A stretch of DNA of 48,478 nucleotides, counting the filler, from Guillardia theta CCMP2712 (Eukaryota; Protista; Cryptophyta): NCBI RefSeq assembly GCF_000315625.1. It is 3 parts of 3 records of this genome, joined end to end, with 100 filler letters (N's around TTAATTAATTAA, not from the genome) between each part and the next. Parts side by side here need not be neighbours in the genome. Positions count along the whole stretch, not along the records: positions 1 to 14,835 come from NW_005434314.1; positions 14,936 to 38,424 come from NW_005434366.1; 1 more part is not named here. One strand, 5' to 3'. Shown one piece after another: positions 14,201 to 25,020 of the stretch (positions within the stretch are counted from its first letter, which is position 1; every line of letters begins with the position of its first letter). The notes beneath the pieces were generated by a model. It was not told where the DNA came from and did not search any database. It saw nothing but the letters and a program-made list of their open reading frames with translations. Position numbers and translations under genes: made by a program.

Positions 14201-14935
14201 GTTGAACTTTTGCCGTGGAATGAAAACCAGTTGTTGGATTTGTGTGCGATGCTGAAATTCTTGCGTTTCGTGTGAAAATTCTCACAATCTATTTGAAATC
14301 TGTCATGCCATCTTCATTTTCTGATACCTGAAAAGCAGCTAGACCAGAAAGACGTCAAAGTCGAGAATCGGAAATCGACTGGGAAGTCTTTCCACCCCCA
14401 GTGGAATATGAACAAAGTGAAGCTGCTCTGCTCCTCTCTTTTCTCTTCAGTCGCCTTGTCCCGGCCCCCCTCCTCTCCTCTCCTCTCCTCTCCTCTCCTC
14501 TCCCCTCCCCTCCCCTCCCCTCCCCTCCCCTCCCCTCCCCTCCTCCCCTCCCCTCCTCCCCTCCCCTCCTGCTCTGCCCTCTCCACCCTCTTCTTCACTT
14601 CCCCCATTATCTTTGATTGATTCGCACCTCAGGTCACAGACGACAAGTGCAAGCAGCTCCGGTATCTCATCGCATTCCCCTCTCCTCCAGTGCGAGTCCA
14701 GCTGACGCCGAGCTGGCAGCGAGCTGGCAGGAGGAACAAGAGCAAGATTGAGCATGAAAGATGAGATCTTGACGGGGGAAAAGTTTGAGTGAGATGAACT
14801 CTTATCTTCTCCTTTACTTCACTCCCGTTCCTTTCNNNNNNNNNNNNNNNNNNNNNNNNNNNNNNNNNNNNNNNNNNNNTTAATTAATTAANNNNNNNNN
14901 NNNNNNNNNNNNNNNNNNNNNNNNNNNNNNNNNNN

Positions 14936-17900
14936 GATTCAGCGTTGATCCTGCCCACGGGTCGATCGCCTTGCGAGGTATGTTGAGACTCAGACGTGTC
15001 ATACAAGCAAGCTTCGCACAGAAGCTCGTTCTGACTGGTGACCTCGTACAAGTCTTCGAAGCTTCCTCGTCCCTGATGAAGCTTCTTGATGATGCCGTCG
15101 TACAACGTTTGCATCGAGACTTTATCATTCTTCGTGTACTGATGGAAGATCTTGTATCACTCCATCCCTTGTATCTTCTGCGGCCACCAATTGTTGAACC
15201 TGTTCTTCTGCTGGATCTGCTTGTTGTACTAGTCTGTCAATACGACGGGGATGATAACTGCTTTGCTCGCTGTCAATCTGTTCCATAGCTTGCTGAAGCT
15301 ACTTTCTCCTTGCATAGCTCCCTGCTCATCAACACACTCTGTCGATATACACAAGATGTTCACGAGACATTCATCACCAGCACCTCCACGTTCGTCACAC
15401 GGATGAATCTGACAAGTAAGACCTAGAGGGAGGTTCTCCGCCTCGTAAAGCTCCTTCACTTTTCTTTCAATATCCCGCCCACATGCTCTTGACCTCTCTC
15501 CTTGCGTGAAGATCCCTATTTGCACGGCCTCTTTGCCTGAGCTCTCCTTGTCGCTTCTCCTTCGCTTCATCCCCGGGAAGAACGCCTCCAGTCGCCTCAA
15601 GTCATCAAGCAAGTTCTCGATCTGCTCCCTCGTCGACGCATCAGCTCTCAGCACGTGCTTGTCATTGTCTTCCCGCCAGCTCACCAGCAGCGTTCGGCCC
15701 CAGCCCTTCATCACCGCCATAGAGCCGCTGCAGTCTACCTCAAAGTGTCGAGCAGCGCACAGCACGACCAGCCTGTCGATGAAGCCTGCGGGGAAGATGT
15801 TGTACTCGCACTCGACAGATGCGCACAGAGACTGCTTGTCCTTGTCCGTCACTGCTCGCTTGTGCTCATGCGTGAACGACGGGATGATGCCGGGACACAG
15901 CAGCTCTTTGCTCTTGTTGTCTGTATCCTTCAAGTCCTTCATCCCCACGCCGAGGAAGTGCGCCAGATCGCAGCCTCGCAGCAGAGCCACCGCCTCCTGC
16001 ACCTCCACATGGCTCTTGATGAAGCCTACCTCTGCTGATCTTGACACCTTCTCTGTCTTCTCTTCGAGCCAGAACTTGCTGCCTTGCTGGGGCCACAAGT
16101 ACTCCAACATGTCCTCGTCTATGATACCCAGGTGTAGCAGCTTCTTCGACTTCTTGGACTTGGTCGGGTCCTGCTGGAAGCAGTCGAGCAGGTGCTCCCA
16201 GTCATGTCGCATCACGCCCTTGAACACGTCGATCATCCACACGGGATCGATGAAGACCGTGTCCTCGACGGAGTACTTGCCTTGGTCTTTCTTGCTTTCA
16301 TCCGCACTCAGCGCATGACCGAAGTACTTGAGCACGCCCATGTCGTGCAAGAAGCTTGTCACCACCTTGTGCTCTTTCTCGCTGACCCCTGACTCTCTCA
16401 ACATCTCCTTGTACTCCTCTACCTTGACGTACGAGACAGACCCCGACTTTCGCTTCTCCACAGCCTCTCTCAGTCTCAGATAAGTCCAGGGATTCTTTCC
16501 TCCCACCACAGCAGCTCTTTTGCAGTCTTACACACAGATCGCCGCAGCTCCTTCACTCCCTGTCCCTCAAGACAGTTCACCCGGAAGCTCTCGCCTACAT
16601 TGATGACATGTAACGGCAGGATGTTCTCATCGTCTTCCTCCGCCATCTTCTTCAGCTCCTCTTCCACGCATGCCTTCACCTCCTCACACTGATCCGTCAC
16701 CTCGCTCTCCCCGGCAAGATCAATGTGCGTTACTACGAGCAACACGCTCGCTNNNNNNNNNNNNNNNNNNNNNNNNNNNNNNNNNNNNNNNNNNNNNNNN
16801 NNNNNNNNNNNNNNNNNNNNNNNNNNNNNNNNNNNNNNNNNNNNNNNNNNNNGCTCGCAGCCATGTAGAGATCATCTTCTTCAGCTCCTCCATGCCTCCC
16901 CCTCCATCCTCTTTGCTCTGCTTGTCTCGCTTCACCCTCACGCTCCACACCAGCAGGTACAAGGCCCGCCTCACGATGAAGTACTGGTTCGTCTTGGCGT
17001 AGATCTGCTGCCCCCCGAAGTCCATCACGTCAAACGTCAGCCCGTCAGCGTCCTCAGGCTTCCACTCGTGCAGGTCTATCCCGATCGTCCTCCTGTCTAC
17101 CTCGATCTTGTCCGCCTTGTCCTTGTCTGACCTCAGAGCTCTCAGCACGCTCGTCTTGCCTGCCTCTCCGTTGCCTATGAGGATGACGTTGATCCGCTTG
17201 TTCGCCTCGCTGTCTCTCTTGACACTCTGCAGGTACGTGAAAGCAGCTGCCCCTCCCTGACTGGCGATCTCAGGGGGAGGCAGCTGCAGCCTGACGCAGC
17301 CCTCACACTTGACCTCCTGCAGGCTAGACTCCATGCTGCAGAGCTCGTCCAAGGGAAGGTGGGAGAAGCTGGGGTTACCGGACACGTCGATGACTTTAAA
17401 AGCGAGGCCGAGCTTGGAGATCCAGCGAGGCAGGCTCTTCATCCTCAGATCTCGTATCACATATCGTTGCATACTATCTGTCCGCAAAGACATGTTGAGC
17501 GTGCCTTCCTCGGTGTTGTAGCAGCTCCCGAGCTCCCCGCCCGACAGGAGCTGCTTCACTTCTTCGACAGCAGAGGTATCTATCTCTTGCATCCCTAAGA
17601 TATAGTGGCACTTGACTAGATCCAGTCTCTCGGCAAATGGCTTCCCCACGTTGTTGACGTGCTCGCGGACCTTCTCGATCTTGGCGATGGCGTCCTGTAT
17701 GCTGGGTCTTGACGATACAAGATCTTGCTCGAGGTTGTGCACGCAGGAGCGTCGATCCTTGCAGTGCTGGCACATGTTTTCTTGCCTTTGATCTTCAGAT
17801 TCATCATCGTAGGAGCAAACGCAGCACTAGGAAAAAAACAGCCGCAACCCAGAGCATGCCAGCAAAGACCCGAATGGCAAAATACATGTCAGCCAGTCTT

Positions 17901-18903
17901 CTCTGACCGCATCTTGCAAGATGGTACTTACCACCTATCCAGTCCCATTCACACCCCAGCCAATGAGAAAACCCAAGAAAAAACAGAAAATGTCAGCCAA
18001 TCATCCCCTGAGCGAATCATATGATATGACACTTACATCCTATGAAGACGAATTTATTCCAGGCAAGCAAGGAAAAACCAGGAATTTGCAAAAATTAAAT
18101 GTCAAGACAATCGTCCCCTGAGTGCATCATATGATATGACACTTACTCCCTATGAAGACGAATTTGATCCATGCAAGCAAGGAAAAACCAGGAATTTTCA
18201 AAATACATGTCAGCCATATCGCCCCCTGAGCGCATGATTTTATAATCATCACTTACCAACTGTCCGGACAAATCAACAACCCATCCGATGAGAAACCGAG
18301 AAACAAACGAAACATGTCAGCCCAATCGTCCCCTGACCGCATCATATCATATGACACTTACGATCTACGAAGGCGAATTCAGTCCATGCAACCAAGGAAA
18401 AACCAGAAATTTGCAAAATACATGTCAGTCTATCGTCCCTGACCGCATCATATGAAATAACACTTACTCCCTATGATGACGAATCGAATCCATGCAAGCA
18501 AGGAAAAACCAGGAATTTGCCAAACAAACGTTAGTCCAATCGTTCCCTGACCGCATCTTTCATCATCGTCACTTACCCGCTATACCGCGCCATCCACGGT
18601 ACATCCGAGCAAATACCGACACATACATGAAAGAAATGTCAGCCAATCATCCCCTGACCGCATCTTTGAGCACTTACATACTATTCAGTCACATTCATGA
18701 CCCGTCCGATGAAACACCCACAAAAGTGCAAAGGACACGTCAGCCAATCGTTTCCCTGAACGAGCATATGCTGCACAGACTGATGCTTACCGCCTTCCGA
18801 ATAACAACATGGCAGTTCACGGCAGAACGTAAAACACTCAAAGTCAGATGACGCCTACTAGGAGCTATTCAAATTACGCATTTTGTGCTGTCGTTGGTAC
18901 CAT
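14936..18903 (-). pseudogene. Roco gene: microexon-encoded N-terminus, CxxC/CxxC module, short LRR, ROC GTPase, COR, TIR-like C-terminus; disrupted
   Basis: LRR/hinge LPRWISKL..IDVSGNP..LQLPPPEIASQG..FTYL; P-loop GNGEAGKTS; switch I RTIGID; DFGGQQIYAKTNQYF; G4-like VVTHID; COR motifs FLHDMGVLKYF, VFIDPVWMIDVFK, FPAGFIDRL. Lesions: 1-nt frameshift at ~16487 (RIP/TYLRL), in-frame TAG 15231-15229 and TGA 15159-15157 with the frame continuing to the gap. Large exon starts at acceptor ttttcctag|TGC 17826; candidate ATG 18903-18901. Confidence 0.85.
17827..18900 (-). repeat. Microexon array 1: nine 3-nt exons separated by ~100-110-nt repeated introns
   Basis: Minus-strand AG|NNN|GTAAG(T/C) at 18793-91 GCG, 18680-78 TAT, 18579-77 CGG, 18470-68 GGA, 18364-62 ATC, 18259-57 TTG, 18149-47 GGA, 18039-37 GAT, 17934-32 GTG. 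Introns carry a conserved GATGCGGTCAG-N~11-CTGACAT motif. Confidence 0.85.
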
Positions 18904-18916
18904 ACTCGACCACGAT

Positions 18917-19241
18917 CTGGAGCAACACAAGTCAGGAGGTCAAGAAAAGTGTTGAGAGGAAGTGAAGGAGCCGCCAAGAAAGGAGTTGAATGATGGAAGG
19001 ATCAGATGTGGGGGAGTAAAGCAAACATCTCCATCATCAAGCATGTCACTCAAGGTAATAGCATCTCATCCCAGCTGCTCCTTGCCTGGCACATGTCGCA
19101 GAGCATTGCGCGAAGGTTGTTAACAGAGGGTGGGGTAGGTTGAAGATTTCGGGTTGTAGGCGAATAGCTGGTAGGGGTAGTCGAATGAAGGAGGGAGGCA
19201 GGGGACTCGAATCATGCCGGTGAGAGCGATTCGATTTTATA
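18917..19241 (-). promoter_or_regulatory. Candidate TATA box (TATAAAA 19241-19235), 5'UTR exon and 5'UTR intron of the Roco gene
   Basis: TATAAAA, a possible CAG|GCAAG donor (~19086), and branch/acceptor CCTGAC..CTCCAG just before the ATG exon. All are conserved in the paralogous copy (TATAAAA 30348-30342). Confidence 0.5.
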
Positions 19242-19973
19242 AGTGAGACACTAGTAGCATTCAACGAGGGTGAGAGAGCGAAGGGTATTTGAGGTGGTAC
19301 AACCAATCGTTTGACAAGTGCTCGGGTAGCGTGAGCAAGGACAAAGGTTGTTTTTCTGTACGGGTAGGGTGGGCAAAACAAACTCAATCGTAAGGGAGAT
19401 ATTGAACAAAATGCTCAATCTTTCAAAGATTGGAGTAGATATTGAAGAAGATATTGAAATCAAGACGAATATCACGGCTGCACCCGTCCAACATGCGTTT
19501 CCTAGTGACTCCACCTACTTGCCTATCATCGATATTCTCTATATCTCTTCCTAGTCTCAAACGCATATGCCCCTACCTACCAGCTCCATGTCCCCTCCAC
19601 CTTCCCCTCCACCCCCCTCACTTTAAAGTTGACATGCCCCCAGCCCTCAGCCAACTCGACGGCTCTGAAAAGCGAAATGCTTTTGTGCTCGTGTCATCAC
19701 GCGATATCAGCGCCTGTTGTGTCTTGTTCCTGCTCCTTGGGTCTCCCAACCTGCTCTTCGACTTCCTCCCATCCCCCGCATCCTTCCCCTTGCCCCAGCT
19801 GCTTCCCCCCCTCTTGTCCCGGCTGCGTACCCTCCCACCTGCCCTCCTTCCACCGCCATGCTCCTTCATCCTCTTGCTCTTGCCCCGGCTCCTCCTTCCA
19901 TTGCCATGCTTCTCCTTCCTCTTCCTCGTGCCTTTGTCACTTTCCCCCTACACACACATTCCTGCTCCCTAGA

Positions 19974-20967
19974 ATGGTTTGGCCTGCCTTGTTCAGTTTT
20001 CCACCGTCCGAAGCGAGTCCATCATGCGGATGTTGCCAGCCGCCTTGCTGTCCATCAGACACAGCAGCGGGGACAGCGGAGACATCGGAGATGACGGGGA
20101 CAGCGGAGACATCGGAGATGACGGGGACATCGGAGATGACGGGGACAGCAGAGACATCGGAGATGATCGTTTCGGAGCCTCGCCTGCCTTGTCCGGCGGC
20201 GGGTGAGGGTGCAGATTCAGTGCAAGCAGCTGGAGACCTGGCAGATGATGTCATGACATCGGAGGTGCTCGTTGTTGGCAGCTCACAGTACGGCGCTGCA
20301 GGGGCTTTGCAGTGCCTGGACACAGATCATGAGCCGCGGGGTCGAGATGGAGAAGGTCAGGTTGACGAGTTAATCTTGCGAGCCTTGATGTCTTCGAATC
20401 TGCTTCGCCTTGTGGGGAACGCAAGCTACGTCCAGGGCTTGAAGGAGAAGATGCGGATTGAAGTGTCGCAGAGGAGGCGGGACTCGCTAGACTTTGCCGG
20501 GAAGCTTCCCTTGGCACTGAAGGCCTTGAGCATCGGCATCCCTGCCGATCAGCTTCTGATCGACGTTGCACAGGCAGGTGGGCTGCATGGCAAGAGCGAC
20601 GGGTGTATCATAGTTGGGCCCCAGAGACAGGTCAGCGGGTCGAGTCGGGGTGAACCTCTGCCGATGTGCCGAGAGCCGCTGGAGGTGAAGTCGTCCTCGT
20701 GCGGGAGTGGTGACAGGACCTTCGGCATCAAGTCCATCCGCAGGTCCTTCCGTCATCTCTTCGTGGGAAGAAGGACAACCCTAACGACTGGTCGTCCCTT
20801 GACGCTCTAGACGACAAGTGCTCCCTCGGTTAGGATGTGACGGTGACGATGAACAGCAGGAAGAGGACCGGCTGGCTCTCGCAGCACATCCGGTGGGTGG
20901 GCTTCAAGGACCTGACGCTGCAGTGGTGGCAGGCTACGGTAGAGAGCAGTGTTTTGACACTTAGGTA
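19974..20967 (+). pseudogene. Disrupted copy of the putative PD-(D/E)XK nuclease
   Basis: Near-identical to 31400-32779 (GKSDGCII...EPLEVKSS) but frameshifted near 20760, with a further ~75-nt deletion near 20832. Confidence 0.7.
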
Positions 20968-21879
20968 GCCTGACCTAATCATCACTCAGTGATTGCTAGC
21001 TTCGATCCTCTTCTGCAAGGTGATGCACCTGACTGGTTGTTACCATCCGGTAAGCCAGAAGGCTTGGGGGCCGTGTATTATCTCCCCTTGGAGCAGTAAG
21101 GTGAAGCTGCTAGCAATCTCTCTGCTGCCATTGCTGATGCCCTCTAAGAGGTAGTGTCAGTGGGGACGGTGTATCAACAGCCGAACAAAGGTCTCCTCAA
21201 CAGAACTTGTGCAGCGACTCGCTCGTATTCAGATATGGCAAGGAAGAAATTGTCAAACGATAAGACTACCGTGAAGCAAGGAGCGAGGACAATTTTTCTC
21301 ATGAAGGGACAAAAAGCTCCCAGGCTGACCCGTCATGGGAGCATGTGAAACCGTTGGGGCCTGTGGAGTTTGATGTGATATTGTTGTGTTGGGGTCAACG
21401 AGATCATTGAGGACGAGCGACTTGTATTCTGAGACAGATCAAGCAGTGAGCTGGCCGTTCCTGAGTGGGGAAGGAGCAAACGGGGTGGGGAGGGGGAGGA
21501 GGACGAGGAGGGGAAGGAGGAAGAGAACGAGTAAAGGAACGGAGAGCATGTACCAGAAGAAGGATGAGAATGTTAAGAGTGATGGAGATGATCATGAGGA
21601 TAGAGATGGTGCTGTTGTCCATAATGACGAGGACGAGGATAATGAGAAGGCGAGACTTGGCTGGTTACGGTGGGGAAGAATCGCAGACACGTTCACTCTT
21701 GCACGTCCGAAGGGCCTTCGCTGCAGCTGAGACAAAGGTAGATTGATTCCCTGGCCTGACACTCGCGATGCAGCTGAGCGGCCTGCCAATGTTGAGCAGC
21801 TGCATGCCGTGACACCGGTATGCGAGAATGAAGGGTCTGAGCTGAGAAATAGGCTGTCTGTGTAGCTAACGCAAGTCAT

Positions 21880-22150
21880 CCGGGCACAGCTCGCGATGGA
21901 GTGCCACAGAGGAGCCGAGACTCTCTGGATCTTGCCGGCAAGCTGGCCTTGGCACAGGCTGGTGGTTTACATGGACAGAGCGTGAGGCGCGGAGGAGGGC
22001 AGGGGGAGACGCTGTATCGAGAGCCGCTGGAGGTGAAGTCGTCTTCTTGTAGAAGTGCGAAGGGCACCTTCGGCATCAAGTCACAACCACATGGTGTGGG
22101 ATCATACGTTTGTCGCTACTTTCAAACTTGTCTCCTCCGGCATCGATCAT
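21880..22150 (+). pseudogene. Third, degenerate fragment of the putative nuclease
   Basis: RDSLDLAGKL..AQAGGLHG..REPLEVKSSSCRS..TFGIKS matches the two other copies, with internal deletions. Confidence 0.7.
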
Positions 22151-23095
22151 CGTAGCGGCTGAGGCGTGCACGAGGTCGCCCGGAGGAAGGGAGGGGCTGA
22201 ATACAGTCATATGTGTGAGCTAGCGTCAGTGCTCGTAAGTGCCGGCGAAGAAAGACTCTTGGTCTCAATCAGACATCTGCTCTCAATCTCAACCTTGCAG
22301 TCAAGACCGTCGAGGAAATGGTGAGCGAGAGGAGGTTAAGCGTTAAGCCTACCCCCCTCCTCATATGCTCCTCGCTGACTCTCCTGCAACCATCACTCGC
22401 TCGCTTTGACCGCTGGCATGCAATATGCCGCGACCTTAGGATTGTACAAGAACAAGAAGCTGCAGCTTGTACAGACAAGTTGCGACGTACTTGATGGGAC
22501 GTGACTCGGACGGGCGATGTGATGACTATCTATCACATCATAGATAGAGCAGAGGATACAGACAACAATACAGACAACTTGTGTTAGTATTAGTAGTAGA
22601 CTTGATTAGAGTACTAGTGTGACCTTGAGTTTAGCCTCTCTCACTCCACCAACGAGCAGCTGATATTGTGTATCCCGACAAGCGATACCTTCTGCGAGTA
22701 AACATTCTAGTAGCGATCACACGCTCATTCCACGCCTGCCCATCTCACGCCGTTGTGCTCCGGCTTGAGCAGAGAGCTCACCATCAACTTGACCATGTCC
22801 AGCAGGGTCCTTGTGACCTTCACGCAAGGTGAACAGCGCTTCCAGGGATACCAGTCTGACAGCAAACTGACTTCGGCTGCGTCATTGCCGTGCAGCTGGA
22901 CGTAGTACTTCAGCTTGGCCTCGGTGCCGCTTCCATGCAAGTTTGCGATACCAGGTAGGATCTTGTAAGGAACCAGGGGTGCTGCTAGGGGCTGAAGTTA
23001 ATCAGATGCGGCGGGAGACAGGGGTCTGAGATGAGAGGGGCCTTACAAGGAGGGGTACCTAGAGGAGTAGGGGTGATGGAGGGGGCTGAAGTTAA

Positions 23096-23470
23096 TCAGA
23101 TGCGGGGGTCCTCGTTCTCTGACTTCTGCTTCAACACGACGACGTTGCTCGCGAGAAAGTCGAGGAGACAATCGGGCACTGAGTTTCCATCAGGAACGAT
23201 GATCAGCTTGAACTTCCACTGCTCCGAATGAGCCACTCGCTTCTTCACCACGTACCCCTCCCTCTTCATGATCTTGGGCAGTTGTTTCGACTCGGTCTGC
23301 ATCACCCTGGTAAAGCGAGCATCGATGAGGTCTGGGTGATCCAACGAAGCCTTGACGATCTTGGTCCTCGCAAAGTTCCTCCAGTTGTCTTCGGTGTAGA
23401 TGCCGCCAGTGGTTGTCCCCCTGAAGAAAGCTTTGCTGATCTTCCGTTCCAACGGAATGGTATCCGCTCG
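23096..23470 (-). pseudogene. Glycosyltransferase family 90 (CAP10/KDELC/POGLUT-like) fragment
   Basis: KAFFRGTTTGG...RTKIV...DARFT...EQWKFKLIIVPDGNS...LASNVVVLK matches GT90 motifs (WRG..TG; KY.I.iDGn; SvvlK). Ends at a short direct duplication (ggggctgaagttaatcagatgcgg at ~22989 and ~23082). Confidence 0.7.
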
Positions 23471-23705
23471 ACAACTGCCACCACCCCCTCCTTCCCTTTC
23501 TCCTACACGCTACAGCTCCTGCAGCTTGTCCCTGTCCCTGCTCCTTGGGCCAGCCAAGCTGCTCTTCATCTTCATCCCTTCCCCATGCATCCTTCTTCCA
23601 ACGCCATGCTCCTCTTTCTCCTCCTTGCCCCGGCGGAACCTGCTGCATGCTGCACCCTGTGTGGCCCTTGATGTTCGGATCTGCACCGGCGCCATTCTGT
23701 TGCCG

Positions 23706-24260
23706 CTATGCCTCTTGAATCAGCCCCGCCTCTACCAGTGAGCGGCTGATGTAGCTTCCAACTGGGTCCACCCATCTCATGGGGTATAGCGTTGGCCAGT
23801 TGACGAAGTTGATTGTTCCAGCTAACTTCCCTAAATGATGCAGGAACTCATAGGAGAGTGGTTGCCCGTTCGCTCCTACGTGATTTGAGATATGTATGAG
23901 CATTCGCAGCTCAGCCTCCTTGTCCTCGTCGGCTTCGTCCCGGAGGGCGAAAGGAGCTGTCTCAAGTGAAGATTCCATTGCGTCGAAGGGTCGCGAATCT
24001 CTCCGTCGCCCCAGGGTTCTCAAAGATTGTTATATTGCAGAATGAACTCATGCTTCCTAAGCTGATGTGTGAGCAGCTGTGCTGCTATTGAGCGATCTTT
24101 GGGCGCTTCTAATCTGCTGGTTGAAACCGCCGAGGTCCTTTTTGGTTGAACCCAGTTGGCCCAGGTGCCGGCGAGTCTTCTTCCGCTTTCTGCTTCCTTG
24201 ATCTGCTGTTTGTTTCCTCGCTGATGCTCTTCCGTTTCTCGCTGGACTGACACACCCATA
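23706..24260 (-). mobile_element. Fragment of the same retroelement family as 36370-38398
   Basis: ESSLETAPFA...QPLSYEFLHHLGKLAGTINFVNWPTL versus EASLDSAPFA...QPLAYEFLQHLAEI...FRNWPTI; also RLEAPKDRSIAAQLLTHQL versus RLWPFPKQREQAEEILAQYL. Confidence 0.65.
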
Positions 24261-25020
24261 CGACGATTTAGGAGCAGAAATCTCAGTCACTCACGGAGCA
24301 ATGGGGCGGTAGCTGTGAGTCGATCATACAGCTACAGGGGCAGGTGTCAGCCGACGTCGGAAGAGTTTCCTGTCCTTGTTGCGGTAGGCCATGTTGTCCG
24401 ATGTAAACACATGTTTTCATGTTCTTCACATCCTTGATAACTGCGCGGCAGGTCTAAGGTCGGTGTCAGCCTCCAGCACATCCTTGTCCGGGTGTCTATA
24501 GAGCAGGCTGAAATTGTGTGCGCTGCCGATTTCCCGGATCATGGCGAGGAACCGGTCAAAGCCCTCCTGCATGTAATTTCCAGTGACTTCCATGCTGATC
24601 TGTGAGTGAAGGGCCAAGTATGGTGGCGTCAGGGTGCGGGTTGGACAGCCTTCAACACAAAAAGAACCGAAATAGAAGGACAGGTGGAATTTGTTTGGAG
24701 GTGATATGATCTATCACCAGGCTGAACGTTCACGAGCTTCGTGCCGTGAAAGATTCAGCCTGGCTGGCTCATCAACAATCAGGCCAACCCCCAGTAGACA
24801 CGGTAGCCATGTGCAATTGACAGCTCACAGCGGTTGTGATCACGGAAAAAAAGCAACAGCCTTGAAACCTGGAACGATCTTACAGGGCATCAGCAATATT
24901 ACTGTGAGAGCTGTACATTAATGGTGGCGCTTGTATGCTCCTGGCGCACAAGGAGCTGCTCTAGAGCTACGTCATAGTATCCTTTTACTCTTCCAGAACA
25001 ATCATAGAATTCCACACGCT

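Larger units (their letters stand above)
18770..21100. repeat. Segmental duplication copy A (paralogue of ~29870-32935)
   Basis: Long collinear near-identical blocks, e.g. gagcatatgctgcacagactgatgcttaccgccttccgaataac (~18762 and ~29867), through aaggcttgggggccgtg (~21059 and ~32898). Confidence 0.9.

Noticed and set aside
14880-14892. TTAATTAATTAA palindrome (also at ~38469-38480)
   Set aside because: Flanked on both sides by N runs; an all-frame-stop assembly linker, not biology.
18009-18036. Alternative model: ~29-nt introns (GTAAGT...TCAG) with ~80-nt exons
   Set aside because: The resulting exons have inconsistent lengths and frames, some units lack the AG (e.g. ccttgacc, ctctgtgcc), and the model does not explain the invariant AG 3 nt before each donor.
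17870-18790. Repeat as a directly translated transmembrane-repeat protein (MRSGDD..ADxFF..GW) or as plain satellite
   Set aside because: Unit lengths (101-113 nt) are mostly not multiples of 3 and the frames stop quickly. Only the AG-NNN-GTRAG spacing is invariant, which a neutral satellite would not preserve.
19380-19470. LRR-like peptide ISSSISTPIFERLSILFNISL upstream of the Roco gene
   Set aside because: It lies upstream of the candidate TATA box, and paralogous copies near 30560-30640 and 30880-30950 have stops or frameshifts; likely non-coding.
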